Assembly: GCF_006345805.1 (NCBI RefSeq)
Contig: NC_042999.1
Span: 73,532,001-73,596,000, forward strand
Length of the DNA stretch: 64,000 bases
Origin: Octopus sinensis
Lineage: Eukaryota
Direction: 5' to 3'
In this document: in pieces, positions 27,582 through 40,336 of the stretch
How the letters are laid out: each line of letters starts with the position of its first letter
Numbering within the stretch: position 1 is the first letter of the stretch
The notes under the pieces: generated by a model
The model's input: the letters and a program-made list of their open reading frames with translations, nothing else
Told to the model about the DNA's origin: nothing
Databases searched by the model: none
Position numbers and translations under genes: made by a program

Positions 27582-27626
27582 CACATGCTGATGATGGTTT
27601 ACTATTCAGAAACCCTGGTCCATGTG
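27582..27626 (+). ncRNA. Minimal type-I hammerhead ribozyme with intact core (Penelope-like pLTR relic, ~27536-27980)
   Basis: CACATG-CTGATGA-TGGTTTACTATTCA-GAAA-CCCTGG-TC-CATGTG: 6-bp stem I, CUGAUGA and GAAA boxes, GUC cleavage triplet, very short stem III. Confidence 0.75.
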
Positions 27627-28129
27627 TATCCCCTAAGGCTAAAGATGGGAATGATGATTTCCCTTCGCAAATACTAATCGGACACAGTTTGTTGTTAGCC
27701 AGCTGTAGGAGATGTCTTCCTGGGGCTTTAAACAACAGTAACATCGTCCCTTATGGGCCCGCCACATTTAGATGGCAAATATACTTCATGATATATCGCA
27801 GTTCACCTATTGCAGTTTACTATTTAAGCTTACAGCGATTCCTCTGTGGTATTGTTTTGCTTTTATAATAAAATAAATATATACAAATTATAAAAATAAT
27901 TTCAAAAATATTCAGTACCGTGCTGTTTCTACTTTGTGGATTTTTACCTACCACGCAAAAGTTGAAGGATTACTGTATATATATAAAATGGTCTTCTTTC
28001 AGTTTCAGTCTTCCAACTCCACTCACAAGGCTTTTGTCTACCTGGGGTAAGAGTTGAAAACACTTGCCCAAGGTACCATGCAGTTGAACTGAATCAGAAA
28101 CCATGTGATTGAGAAGTAAACTTCTTGAG

Positions 28130-28447
28130 GGCATGTAAAAAGCACCATCCTAATCGTGGCCGAAGCCAGTGCCGCCTCGACTGGCTTCCGTGCCAGTGGC
28201 ACGTAAAATGCACCAATCCGACCGTGGCCGTTGCCAGCCTCGCCCGGCACCTGTGCAGGTGGCACGTAAAAAGCACCCACTACACTCACGCAGTGGTTGG
28301 CGTTAGGAAGGGCATCCAGCTGTAGAAACATTGCCAGATAAGACTAGAGCCTGGTGCAGCCTTCTGGCTTCCCAAATCCCCGGTCGAACCATCCAACCCA
28401 TGCTAGCATGAAGAACGGACGTTAAACGATGATGATGATGATGATGA

Positions 28448-28450
<3 letters not shown>
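28130..28450 (+). mobile_element. Family D retroelement
   Basis: GTGGCACGTAAAA minisatellite units, GTTAGGAAGGGCATCCAGCTGTAGAAAC, then a (GAT)n tail. Confidence 0.8.
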
Positions 28451-28481
<31 letters not shown>

Positions 28482-28608
28482 CGGGAAGCTTTATGAAAAT
28501 AGACAAAAGACGAAGGCAGGTTTACAGAAATAAACAAAAGACGAAGGCAGGTGGAATACGAACAAACAATTGTATTAGTATGGCGCTCAGGAAATATAAA
28601 TAAAACAA

Positions 28609-28648
28609 GTCTTTAACGTTTCGAGCCTACACTCTTCAACAGAAAGAT
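28609..28648 (-). ncRNA. Degenerate hammerhead-like motif in a Penelope-like relic (~28478-28810)
   Basis: Minus strand TCTTT-CTGTTGA-A-GAGT.GTAG.GCTC-GAAA-CG-TT-AAAGA. The core has A6U and an extra A. Confidence 0.45.
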
Positions 28649-28877
28649 ACACAGAGAAAAAATACAGAAAGAAGGAGAGAAAAAAAATATGCGTGCAGAA
28701 GCTAGCGAATCAACATGGCGATCTGATTTCGGCCAGAAGTCAAAGATCAAACATGAGACGCAAGAGCGAAATTAGGGGAGATAATAGGGTTGAATGACCT
28801 CACTCAAACATAAGAGTGTGTGTGTGTGTATGATACACACACTAGCTTTTAAGCAACTGACCCTGATTGGGAAGATC

Positions 28878-29321
28878 TGCAAACAGATTTTTGACTTGTT
28901 TTGGAGAACTTGTTGCAATTGCTTCCTCCAGAGTCATATCCCAATGATGATCATGTTCGTCGTAAAAAATCATGTAAAGGAATCTCCGAAAACATTCGCA
29001 GTAATGAAAACATAGGAATTCAAAATTTCAGGATTGCAGGCCTGGATTCAGCCCAGAATGCTTTTAATTTACACACGGAGTTGGCCTTTAGATTATAAAA
29101 ATTGTTATCATGCAAAAAAAATTTGTCAGAAAGTCATGTAAAAAAATTGCCAAAAACAATCACAGTAATGAAAACTTGGGAATCCAAGATTTCAGGATTG
29201 TGGGTCCAGATTCTCACAGAGTCAGCCTGATTCCCAAATGTTATGATATTTTAGGCTACAACCGCTAGGAGTAAAGTTGAAAAAGTGTGACACACTGACA
29301 TTCACATTTATTATATTAGAT
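28878..29321 (+). mobile_element. Helitron/Helentron-like non-autonomous element with internal ~170-bp repeat
   Basis: TCATGTAAA..CAGTAATGAAAAC..TTTCAGGATTG at ~28970 and ~29133. Ends in ACATTCACATTTATTATATTAGAT (DINE/HINE-type end). Classification is inferred. Confidence 0.4.
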
Positions 29322-29324
29322 ATG

Positions 29325-29870
29325 TTTTGTACCTCCACCAAAAAAACACCCTTTTTTTATTTAATTTTTTTTCTACATAAAACCCCGTTTTTGATTACTG
29401 AGAATATGAATATGAAAAACTTAGCAAAAATTGGCATTTTGAAATTAACCAAAACCCCACCACCACCACCTAAATTTTTCATTTTTAACTTTTTTCACAA
29501 TTTTTTTTTCAAAATATGCGGAAAAATAGGGAGATTTAATATTCTGAAGAAAAATTTCCAAAAATTTCTCTACTTAGGGTTAGGGTTAGGGTTTTAGGGT
29601 TAGGGTTAGGGTTTTAGGGTTAGTGTTGGGGTTTTAGGGTTAGGGTTGGGGTTTTAGGGTTAGGCTTACAGAAAAAAGTGAAAAATGAAGAATTTGGAGG
29701 GGGGAAGGTGAAAAGGGCAAAAAATTTCAAAATTCCGATTTTTGGCAATTTTCTGGAATCTTCATATTTGAAAACGTTGGTTTTTAGCAAAAAAATTTTA
29801 AAAAAACAATAATTTGCGAGAAAATGGGGGGACAGGAGGAAGTCCTTCCGGGGAAACTTTATTTCAATTA
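29325..29870. mobile_element. Foldback-like element with degenerate ~150-bp inverted arms around a telomeric-repeat core
   Basis: ~29350-29500 (GCAAAAATTGGCATTTTGAAATT..AAATTTTTCATTTTTAACTTTTT) approximates the reverse complement of ~29670-29810. Confidence 0.55.
29574..29664 (+). repeat. Interstitial telomeric (TTAGGG)n array with 20-bp higher-order period
   Basis: TTAGGG-TTAGGG-TTTTAGGG repeated about 4.5 times, with some TTGGGG variants. Confidence 0.95.
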
Positions 29871-29899
29871 AAGTGTATTATGTGTGTGTGTGTGTGTGT

Positions 29900-30948
29900 G
29901 TAGAAGATACACACTTTCCAACAAAGATTGCTTGGAGTGATGAAGTTACATTTAAATTAAATGGCTCAATTGACTGCCACAATTGCACTTACAGGGAACC
30001 TGAGAATCTGCATATTATGGAGGAACATTATGTTAAATTGTGGAGGCGCAATGGCCCAGTGGTTAGGGCAGCGGACTCGCAGTCATAGGATCGTGGTTTC
30101 AATTCCCAGACTGGGCATTGTGAGTGTTTATTAAGAGAAAAGACCTAAAGCTCCATGCGGCTCCGGCAGGGGGTGGTGGCTATCCCTGCTGTACTCTTTC
30201 ACCACAACTTTCTCTCATTCTTTCTTCTGTTGGCCTGCTCGCTTAGACAGCAGGGTGGCGTCATTTGAAGGCTAAAACAATGCAAAGCGCATTGTGACCA
30301 GCGATGTGTAGCAACATCTGATAGCCTGGTCGGTCACGGTGATCACCGTGATCACTGTGATTAAGTTAAATTACCAGGAATTACGTTATGGTATGGCTTA
30401 CTATCAAATGGATTAATTGAACCATTCTGTTTTGATAGTACTATGACTAGTCCCGTTTACTTGAAACTGATGTTATAATCTGTCATACCAAGCATTCAAG
30501 AGGATTCTGAAGACATGGAATTTTATTTCCAGCAAGCACCCCAACACCACCATAGTGAAATAAGGGCCTACCCTAGATGAGATTTTTGCCAGACAGATGA
30601 ATTGGACCAAGATTCAGTAGAATACCCTCAACATTCACTGGACCTCACACCACTAAACTATTTTTTTATGGAGATACTTAAAAGATGAAATGTATGGCAT
30701 AAAACCAGAACAATCAATGAATTGAGGGTAGCTGTTGAATGAGAATACACAAATACTACATGAAATGTTTCTTGATGCTTGTAACTCCACTGCTTCACAT
30801 TATCAGCAGTGTCTGGACCAGAACAGTCATCAGTTTAAAAACAGGCATTCATAAAATAATTACATTCTTTCTGTTGACTCTATTACATTTTGAAAACGAA
30901 ATGTATTTTAACAAACACTGGTGTACACATTTTTGGTGGGGACACCCT
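29900..30948 (+). mobile_element. Decayed Tc1/mariner transposon (DD41D/rosa-like), 3' half with right TIR
   Basis: [23 protein letters not shown], then (after SINE removal) [35 protein letters not shown] ..GGTGGGGACACCCTG. Confidence 0.8.
30040..30364 (+). mobile_element. SINE family C inserted in the transposase, 8-bp TSD
   Basis: GTTAAATT at 30032-30039 and 30365-30372. Removing the SINE restores the HYVKLPG frame. Confidence 0.9.
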
Positions 30949-31037
30949 GGTGTGTGTATGTGTGTGTGCGTGTCTAAATAGAGAGGGACAGACAGGCAGA
31001 CAGACAGGCAGGTAGGGACACAGATATACATACAAAT

Positions 31038-31392
31038 GTAGGATTCAAGGACGTCTGCAAGAGAGATATGAAGTCAATAGATCTAGATGTTCTGAGATGG
31101 GAAGAGGTTGCAAATGATTGTGCACACTGGAAACAAGTAGTACACAAGGGGATGGGGCAAGAGGAAGAAAAACTGGAATTTACCACCAAAGACAAGCACG
31201 CCAGAAGAAAGGAAAAGTCAGTAGTGCCAGTGGAGAGCCTCTTCAAATGCAGTTACTGCATGCAAGACTTCCACTCCCATGTGGGCCTGTAAAGCCACAG
31301 TAGACACTGCACGATGATCAGCAGCTGACACAAAATTCTCCAGGCGCAGATCTATAGTTTTTCAAGACTGATAGATGCCTATCTGATCTGAT
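31038..31392 (+). pseudogene. 3' end of an RTE-clade LINE with C-terminal C2H2-type finger
   Basis: FKDVCKRDMK..WEEVAND..WKQ..FKCSYC..FHSHVGL*SHSRHC, with an (ATCTG)n tail. Confidence 0.75.
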
Positions 31393-31446
31393 ATATATAC
31401 ATATATCTATGTATTATACATTTATATGTATATGTATATATACATG

Positions 31447-31525
<79 letters not shown>

Positions 31526-31528
<3 letters not shown>

Positions 31529-32890
31529 TCATCCTCATTTAACGTCCGCTTTCCATGCTAGCATGGGTTGGACGGTTCAACTGGAGTCTGGGGAGCCCGA
31601 AGGCTGCACCAGGCCAGTCAGATCTGGCAGTGTTTCTACAGCTGGATGCCCTTCCTAACGCCAACCACTCCGAGAGTGTAGTGGGTGATTTTATGTGCCA
31701 CCGACACAGGTGCCAGACGAGGCTGGCGACGGCCACGCTCGGATGGTGTTTTTTTTTTATGTGCCACCGACACAGGTGCCAGACGAGGCTGGCAGACGGC
31801 CACGCTCGGATGGTGTTTTTATGTGCCACCGACACAAGTGCCAGATGAGGCTGGCGAACGGCCACGATCGGATGGTGTTTGTTACGTGCCCGGATGGTGT
31901 TTGTTACGTGCCCGGATGGTGTTTGTTACGTGCCCACAGCACGGAGGACAGTCGATGCAGTACTGGCTACGGCCACGTTCGGATGGTTTTCTTGTGTGCC
32001 ACCGGCACTGGTACCACAAAGATACAAATTCCATTGATGTTCATCTATTTTGATTTGGTTTGATTTTCACTTGCCTCAACAGGTCTTCACAAGTGTCACA
32101 TACTTGCCTCAACAGGTCTTCACAAGTGTCATAAGAAGGAAGGTATGCACAGGTAGACTGACTACGTCCCAGGTAGGGGCCACGGGTTATGGCCTGACTA
32201 GTCTTGCCGGGTCTTTGGATGGTGTTTTTATGTGCCACCAACACAGGTGCCAGATGAGGCTGGCGAACGGCCACGATCGGATGGTGTTTGTTACGTGCCC
32301 ACAGCACGGAGGCCAGTCGATGTGGTACTGGCTACCGCCACGTTCGGATGGTTTTCTTGTGTGCCACCGGCATTGGTACCACAAAGATACAAATTCCATT
32401 GATGTTCATCTATTTTGATTTGTTTTGATTGGATTTGATTATGATTATGATTATGATTATGATTATGATTATTATTATTATTATTATCACTTGCCTCAAC
32501 AGGTCTTCACAAGTGTCATTTGATTTGATTAGCACTTGCCTCAACAGGTCTTCACAAGTGTCATTTGATTTGATTAGCACTTGCCTCAGCAGGTCTTCAC
32601 AAGTGTCATAAGAAGGAAGGTATGCACAGGTGGACTGACTACGTCCCAGGAAGGGGCCACGGGCTATGGCCTGACTAGTCTTGCCGGGTCTTCGGACAGG
32701 TGCCAGATGAGGCTGGCGAACGGCCACGATCGGATGGCGTTTGTTATGTGCCTACAGCACGGAGGCCAGTCGATGCGGTACTGGCTACAGCCACGTTCGG
32801 ATGGTTTTCTTGTGTGCCACCGGCACTGGTACCACAGAGATACAGATTCCATTGATGTTCATCTATTTTGATTTGTTTTGATTTTTTGAT
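31526..32890 (-). mobile_element. Family D retroelement with multi-level tandem amplification
   Basis: (CAT)n tail. ~58-bp units TTTTATGTGCCACCGACACAGGTGCCAGA..CGGATGGTG. Three ~370-460-bp blocks each end GATGTTCATCTATTTTGATTTG. Confidence 0.85.
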
Positions 32891-32918
32891 TTTTTTTTTT
32901 ATATATATATACATACAT

Positions 32919-32976
<58 letters not shown>

Positions 32977-33109
32977 GTATATATATTATATGTATTTCAT
33001 ATATATATTATATTATTATTGTACAGTTATTATACTATGAGCCTTCCATAGTAGCTTTCTCTCCGTAACTTACAAAGCCTTTCGGGTTTGTTTATAAAGA
33101 TATTATTTG

Positions 33110-33206
33110 TGTAGTTATATATACATATACATATACATACATATATATTTACATATATATACATATATATATATATACATATACATTCTTACATATATAT
33201 ATATAA

Positions 33207-33261
<55 letters not shown>

Positions 33262-33329
33262 TACATATATATATATATACATAAATATATATATATGCAT
33301 ACATATATATATATACATAAATATATATG

Positions 33330-33383
<54 letters not shown>

Positions 33384-33385
33384 AT

Positions 33386-33437
<52 letters not shown>

Positions 33438-33444
33438 TATATAT

Positions 33445-33515
<71 letters not shown>
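33110..33515. repeat. Compound (TA)n/(CA)n microsatellite
   Basis: Direct inspection. Confidence 0.95.
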
Positions 33516-33894
33516 ATGAATTTGTATAAATACATACAAATGCAATTACAGATACACAATTGATATAACAGGACATCTATTTTCATGGCCTAATGGAAAA
33601 AAGTTCCATGTGATTATCCCCTTACATACAATATTTTAAATTAATGGGTTATTCCCCTCCTACCTAAAAAAAATACCATAAAAATAATAATAATAATAAT
33701 AAGCATTGTAATATCCAATAAATATCCAATAAATATAAAAATGTTTTGTAGCCCCTGAAATGCAGTTATTATATGTTTATTACTTGTAAATAACTTCCAA
33801 ATTAATGATAGGGTCGAATATTTTAACCAGAAGGAAAAAAACAGTCCTGGAAATGATGGGTTAATTCATTTCCTTCTGCTGCTGTTTTTACACC

Positions 33895-34352
33895 TGATGA
33901 TGATGGTGGTGGTGATGGTGGTGGTGATGGTGGTGCACCAGTGGTAAAGGGACAATGACTGGAAGAAGCATAGTGGGGGTAGAGGGAATAATGATGGTAG
34001 CAATTGTAGTGATGATGATACTGGTAGTGGTGATGGTTGTTGTAGTGGTGGAGATGATGATGATCCTCAAGCTGCTGCTGCTGATGATGATGATTCATGG
34101 TGATGGAAGATGGTGGTAGCGGTTGTGATGAAGATGATGATGTTGGTGGTGGTGGTGGTGGTGGCGGCGGCGGCGGCAGTGGTGGTGGTTAGTGTAGTGA
34201 TGGTAATGCTTGGGGTGTATGATAATGGTCTTGAAGATGATGCTGGTGTTGGTGGTGGAGGTGACGATGGTGGTGATAATGATGGGGATGATGGTGATGT
34301 TCTTAGTTAATGATGATGGCAATGATGATGATGATGATGATGACGACGACAA
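33895..34352. repeat. Degenerate (GAT/GGT)n trinucleotide low-complexity region
   Basis: Poly-His/Val/Met translations in several frames; not coding-like. Confidence 0.85.
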
Positions 34353-34700
34353 TGTTTTTCTCATTATTTCTAGTTGCTGTGGAACCCCATTCATTCTGCC
34401 GCGAGGACCTAAATTGTGCGTCAAAGAGCTTGGCAATTTCCCTTTTATTAATTATCTGCCACACAGTTCTAAAGCTTCCTTTCAAAGTCCCATTATGCTA
34501 CACTATAAAAGGAATCTCGGAAGAATAATCCCTAATAATATTGAAGCAATAATACTTTTCAATCCTTCTTGTTTTTTTATTAATTTATTTATTACATATC
34601 TTTATGTCAAAATAAATGTGTGCAGAGCTGTGTGTGTGTATACTATATATATTTTTCATATATATACATATATACGTGTATTTCATATACAAATAAATAT

Positions 34701-34739
<39 letters not shown>

Positions 34740-34971
34740 TATATAATCATATAGATATATTTTTTCATATATATATGTTTGTGCATACACACACATACAC
34801 ATGGACAAATACACACATATTCCATTATATATCTATTTTGTATATGTATTTCATTAAATATATATATTGTGTATTTATATCAACATATATTTATTTATTA
34901 AAGATATATTTTATTACTGTTATTTTATTCATTTTAAATTTTATTTTATTACATATTTACATATTTATATA

Positions 34972-35121
34972 TCGGAGTGGTTGGCGTTAGGAAGGGCATC
35001 CAGCTGTAGAAACACTGCCAGATCTGACTGGACTGGTGCAGCTTTCGGGCTCCCCAGACCCCAGTTGAACCGTCCAACCCATGCTAGCATGGAAAGCGGA
35101 CGTTAAATGATGATGATGATG

Positions 35122-35122
<1 letters not shown>
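34972..35122 (+). mobile_element. Family D 3' fragment
   Basis: Near-identical reverse complement of 31530-31675. Confidence 0.85.
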
Positions 35123-35165
<43 letters not shown>

Positions 35166-35964
35166 CTTCGTCTTGTTTTATATATGTCTTCGTCTTTATA
35201 TATATATATAGATAGATAGATATAGATATATATATATACATATACATATACATATATGTATATGCGCATACATTATATATGTGTGTATATATATTATATA
35301 CGTGTCTGAGTGCATGTGTGTGTGTTTCATAATGCACATGTATCATATATGTGTGCTGTGTTTAATGTATTTATTTTATTGTACAAAATATATTCTGCTG
35401 TAACTGTTAGGCATCATTTATTGGCTTATTAAATTAAGTTCCACTCGAAGCATTTTAATTCTGTATATTTATTCACTTACAAGTAAATTTTATTTGATCA
35501 TATTTTGGTTTCATTCCTTATTGCTCTTTTTGAAATATGAAAAATACAAATAAAAAACAGAAAAGACTTTCTCCAATATATTTTGTTCATTGAAAAAGTA
35601 AACTGTATGTTTGTGTAAGGAAAGCTAAAAATGTATGCATGCATGTATGTGTGAGTCTGTTCCTTTATGGTATCACATTCACCTAGCTGTTTATATTCAT
35701 TTTTAGTATATATATATATATATATATATTCTTTTATTCTTTTGTTCTCTTACTTGTTTCAGTTATCTAACTGTGGCCATGCTGGAGCACCAGAACAAAT
35801 TGACCCCAGGACTTATTCTTTTGTAAGCCTAGTACTTATTCTATCTGTCTCTTTTGCCAAACTGCTAAGTTAAACATAAACACACCAACATCTGTTGTCA
35901 AGCGATGGTGGAGGGACAAACACAGACACACAAACATATACATACACACACACACACACACATA

Positions 35965-36002
<38 letters not shown>

Positions 36003-36008
36003 TATATA

Positions 36009-37085
36009 CAGGGGTTGGACAAAATAATGGAAACACTTAGCATCATAGCATCATAATTTTGAAATATCTATATAACCATCAAAAGCTTGTTTATTTTTAA
36101 GTTTTTTTATTTATTATTAGTGTTGCTTAATACATTTTGCTAAAATTGTTGTTTCTTTTCAGATTTCATCAGAAAAAGGTAATTAAAATTCATTAAAATG
36201 ACAGATCTATCAGACTTTTAAAAAGGTCAAATTGTTGGTGCTTGTATGGCAGGCACTAGCATAACAAAAACAGTCAAAATGTTTGATATATCAAGAAGTA
36301 CTGTCTTGGAAGTAATGAAAGCCTTTGAGAAAGAGGGAAAAACCTCCTCGTTGAAACAAAACTCCAGAAGAAAACCAAAACTTTCATATAGGGACTGTCA
36401 GACTCTTACACAAATTGTTAGAAAGGATCTCAAAAGTACAGCTCCCAAAATTACTGCAGAGCTTAATGACCACCTCAAGAACCCAGTTTCCACAAAAACT
36501 GTTCGCAGGGAGCTACACAAAACGGGATTTCACAGGAGGGCTGCAATCAGAAAACCACTACCTTCAAAAACATACGTTGCAAAGAGTTTAGAGTGGAGTA
36601 AAAACCTACAGAATTGGTCCCTAGAGCAGTGGAAGAAGGTTATTTTCCTGGACGAGTCATCCTTTACCTTGTTTCTGACTACCGGCCAAGTATACATGTG
36701 GAGACAGCCAAAAGAAGCATTCGACTCAGACTGCCTTCTTCCAACTGTTAAACATGGAGGAGGATCTGTGATGATCTGGGGAGGGGGCTATATCTTGGAA
36801 ATCCACCAGCCCAATGGTTTCCCTTCATAGCAGAATTAATAGTCAAGTCTATTTAAGCATTTTATCTAATCAAATTTATCCTATGGTTGCATAACTGTTT
36901 CTGGAGGGAACGCAGTCTTTCAAGATGACAATGCACCAATTCACACAGCTAAAGTTGTTGCTGAATAGCACAAGGAACATTCTAGTGAAGTTGAACATCT
37001 TATCTGGCCACCATAGTCCCCAGATCTCAATATTATTGAAACATTTATGGTGTATTTTAGAAAAAGAAGTAAGGAGTCAACTGCA
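36009..37085 (+). mobile_element. Tc1 (DD34E) transposon pseudogene with left TIR
   Basis: TA-CAGGGGTTGGACAAAATAATGGAAACAC TIR. The ORF from ~36198 has an HTH region, then WKKVIFLDES, TVKHGGGSVMIWG, QDDNAPIH and WPP*SPDLNIIE, with stops and frameshifts. Confidence 0.92.
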
Positions 37086-37099
37086 TAATAGGAAAGCAT

Positions 37100-37378
37100 A
37101 TTGTGTCTAAAAGCCATCAAACTAAACCACCACCCTACCAACCCTATGTCAACCAAAACCATATCTCATAAGCTTCATAGAACTGGATACTTTGGCAGGG
37201 CTGCAATTGTTAAACATCTTCTGTACTCCATCAACATAGATGAGCAGAAAAAAATCAGAAGTGATCAATGGCTCAATGGAACAATATCATTTTCTCTGAT
37301 GAATCCTCATTCACCATTTTCCCCACTTTGGGATGAGTTTATATTTGGAGATAACACACAGAAGCCTCCTACCCTGAC
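37100..37378 (+). pseudogene. Second Tc1 transposase fragment
   Basis: LNHHPTNPMSTKTI..LHRTGYFGRAAIVK, followed by TTTTCTCTGATGAATCC (FSDES); paralogous to 36460-36740. Confidence 0.75.
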
Positions 37379-37968
37379 TTGTTTTGTCAAACTGCTAAGT
37401 TACAGGAATGTAAACAAACCACCAGCAGTTGTCAAGCAAGTGGTGGGAGACATTTACAAACACAAATACACACACGACAAACTTCTTTCAGATTCTATCT
37501 GATAAAAGGCTTTTGGCCAGCCCAAAGCTATGGGAGAAGACAATTAGTGGGACCAAACCCAAAACTATTTGATTGGGAAGCAAACTTTTTACCTCATAGT
37601 CATGCCTGCACCTATGTTGACTGAAATATTTTAGAGTCCTTAATTTTAAAAATATGGTTAAAATCAAAGCACTTGTACTTTCAACAATCTATGTTCAAAA
37701 GAAAAACCAATTCTCACATACACACAATGTATATTCTTTCCCATAGCTTTTGTTGGGGTTAAATGTTTTGCAAGTTGCTGCTTGGAATTATGGGTTTCTG
37801 TTTTCCAAATAACTGGTTGTATGTAAGATGGTTGAGGCTATTTACATACAACAGCTAAAATTGCTTGATTCTTGGTGAAAATATATTAACAGTAAAATAC
37901 AGGTTTCACAAATGAATATATAAACATATAAACCCAAGTTTTTATTATAATTATCGCTATTTGGTCAT

Positions 37969-38014
<46 letters not shown>

Positions 38015-38829
38015 TTATTCATCTTCACTTCCTCTAGTTTTATGTTTTAAACTTACTTTTTCATCTCTATATTGATATATTCCCCCCATACAATAACATT
38101 TCTCTCTCTCTCTCTTTCTCACTTTCTGCATATATCATCATATTATATATATATATATATATATATATCATCACTCACATTCTTTATCCACTTCCATTGT
38201 CAGTCTGAAGCTATCCACCATAACTACTGCTAACTGTTAACTGCTACAGCTCATATTAATTCTCCATGACAAACAGCCGAATCTAAAAGGTCAATTCCTT
38301 TATGCTGATAACCTACACATATTTTACCAGGAGCCTGTTTAAAAGTAATCTCCCTCCCAAAACTTGAAATAATGACCCCCTTAATCTTGAAACTGTTGTT
38401 TACCAGTACTCTAAGCTGTAACAAGGCATATAGCATTTTAAATAACAATAACATACAAATCATTATGCATGTCAGCAAAACCTTACTCATCAACAAAAAC
38501 TCTAGTTGTCTTTTGTTTAATTAAAACAAAATAATTGACTACACCATTTTTTTTTCCTAATATCAATATGGGATTGTTTGATAGTGCAGAGGTGAGTGAT
38601 TTTAGTGTCCTTTACATGTGGATAAACTTCAAAATATACGCACAGCTATATACAACTGACAGGTTAGCTCTCTCGCAGCATACTTTTGGCAACATAATAC
38701 ATACATTTACCTTTTTTGGCTCAAAGGATCTGTTGTTCATTTTAACCCAATATTTACATGCTGTTATTTATAGCTTTATCTGCTTGAAGATTCGCTATTT
38801 CCAAAAAGAATTATTTAATGTTCTTCATT

Positions 38830-39260
38830 ATCATCATCATCATCATCATTTAACGTCCGCTTTCCATGCTGGCATGTATTGGACGGTTTGACTAAGGGCT
38901 GGCAAGCCATAAGGCTGCACCAGGCACCAGTCTGATCTGGCAAAGTTTCTACAGCTAGATGCCCTTCCTAGTGCCAACCACTCCGTGAGTGTAGTGGGTG
39001 CTTTTACATGTCACCCACACGAGGGCCAGTCAGGTGGTACTGGCATCGGCTACATTTAAATGATGCTTTTTACGCGTCACCTGCATAGGAACCAGTCTGG
39101 TGGCACTAACAATGACCACGCTCGAATGATGCTTTTTACGTGCCACCAGCACAGGAGCCAATTATGCTCAAATGTTGCAACAATCATGCTCAAATGTTGC
39201 TTTTTACATGCCACCGGCACGAGAGCCAGTCAGCGGCCCTGGCAACAATCACGCTCGGTT
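38830..39260 (-). mobile_element. Family D retroelement
   Basis: (CAT)n-TTTAACGTCCGCTTTCCATGC..GATGCCCTTCCTA..GCTTTTTAC minisatellite. Confidence 0.8.
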
Positions 39261-40336
39261 AAAATCAAATTTACCTTAAAATGTTCAACATGTCATGCTT
39301 CATTCAGTAGTCACTCACTATACACTGAGGTTAATCTTGTGTGTGTGTCTTAGAGAGAGAGAGATTAACAAATAAAAAAAGAGCGATGTCACTGTCTTTC
39401 GACTTTTGGCCTTAACCGTCTGACAAGAAGTGATATTCCTACCGAGGCTTCGAAATAATGAACTGAGGTTTTCATTTACTCTTACTAGCAAATCTACCCA
39501 TCTACGATGGAGGCATAAAATGAGGGAGGGAAGTCATAACAGCAGTATGTGTTGAGAAATGTGTAAATGGACTTGATAGATTACTGGGTGATGTCTTAGA
39601 GAAATCATATTACTGTTGGTGATACAACATTCTGTTGCAGCTATATGACATGTATTTGCGACTAAGTGACATGTGATATCAATTTACTCCCGAATTGAAA
39701 TATGCTCCCAGCCTCTGTATCATGAATGGTTATGCGGACCATTCCCAACGAAAGCCAGAGCTTCCTGCGACCACTACATAAAGAGTATTAAGAGAAAAAT
39801 GTTATTCAGATATACTTTTATTTTAGTTGTTTACACTAGTTTACGATTGGTTATACTCTTATACACACAAAGTTCACAAATTTCACTATTTAAGTTATGG
39901 ATCATATTCCATTCGATAATATCAATATGATTATAAAACCTCTTTGTAGACGATATTTTGTTTGGTCGACACCAATTCTCAAATCACTGGAGTCTATTGC
40001 TCTACTCGTAGCAACCTATAACTGGCCGTGTATAAACATCTGAGTGAATAAAAATACACCTACACGATCTGGTCTGGTTCTGTGCCTTATTTGCTGTGAA
40101 TGCGTGAACGGAATCTTTAGGGTTGCGAAAGATCAAACTAAGATTTATCTCTCACAGTTCTATGCGAATAATGTCTGGATGTTCTGATACTATGGGTTAT
40201 TTTGATTGACAAAACTGAGATGTAAACAACAGCCGCTTCGATTAGCCGTTTCGAATCCTGCTCGAGACTGACACGCTTCAATAACCACTAAATAACCACA
40301 CACTACATACTAACACACTTTTTCCGTTTTATTTTC

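Noticed and set aside
29574-29664. Chromosome end or fusion site
   Set aside because: Short, single-orientation, internal to an inverted-arm element, with no head-to-head array.
31685-32880. CRISPR-like regularly spaced repeats
   Set aside because: Spacers are themselves repeated, there are no cas genes, and the context is a eukaryotic retroelement minisatellite.
33823-34746. His-rich / Met-rich ORFs
   Set aside because: Trinucleotide low-complexity sequence open in several frames on both strands.
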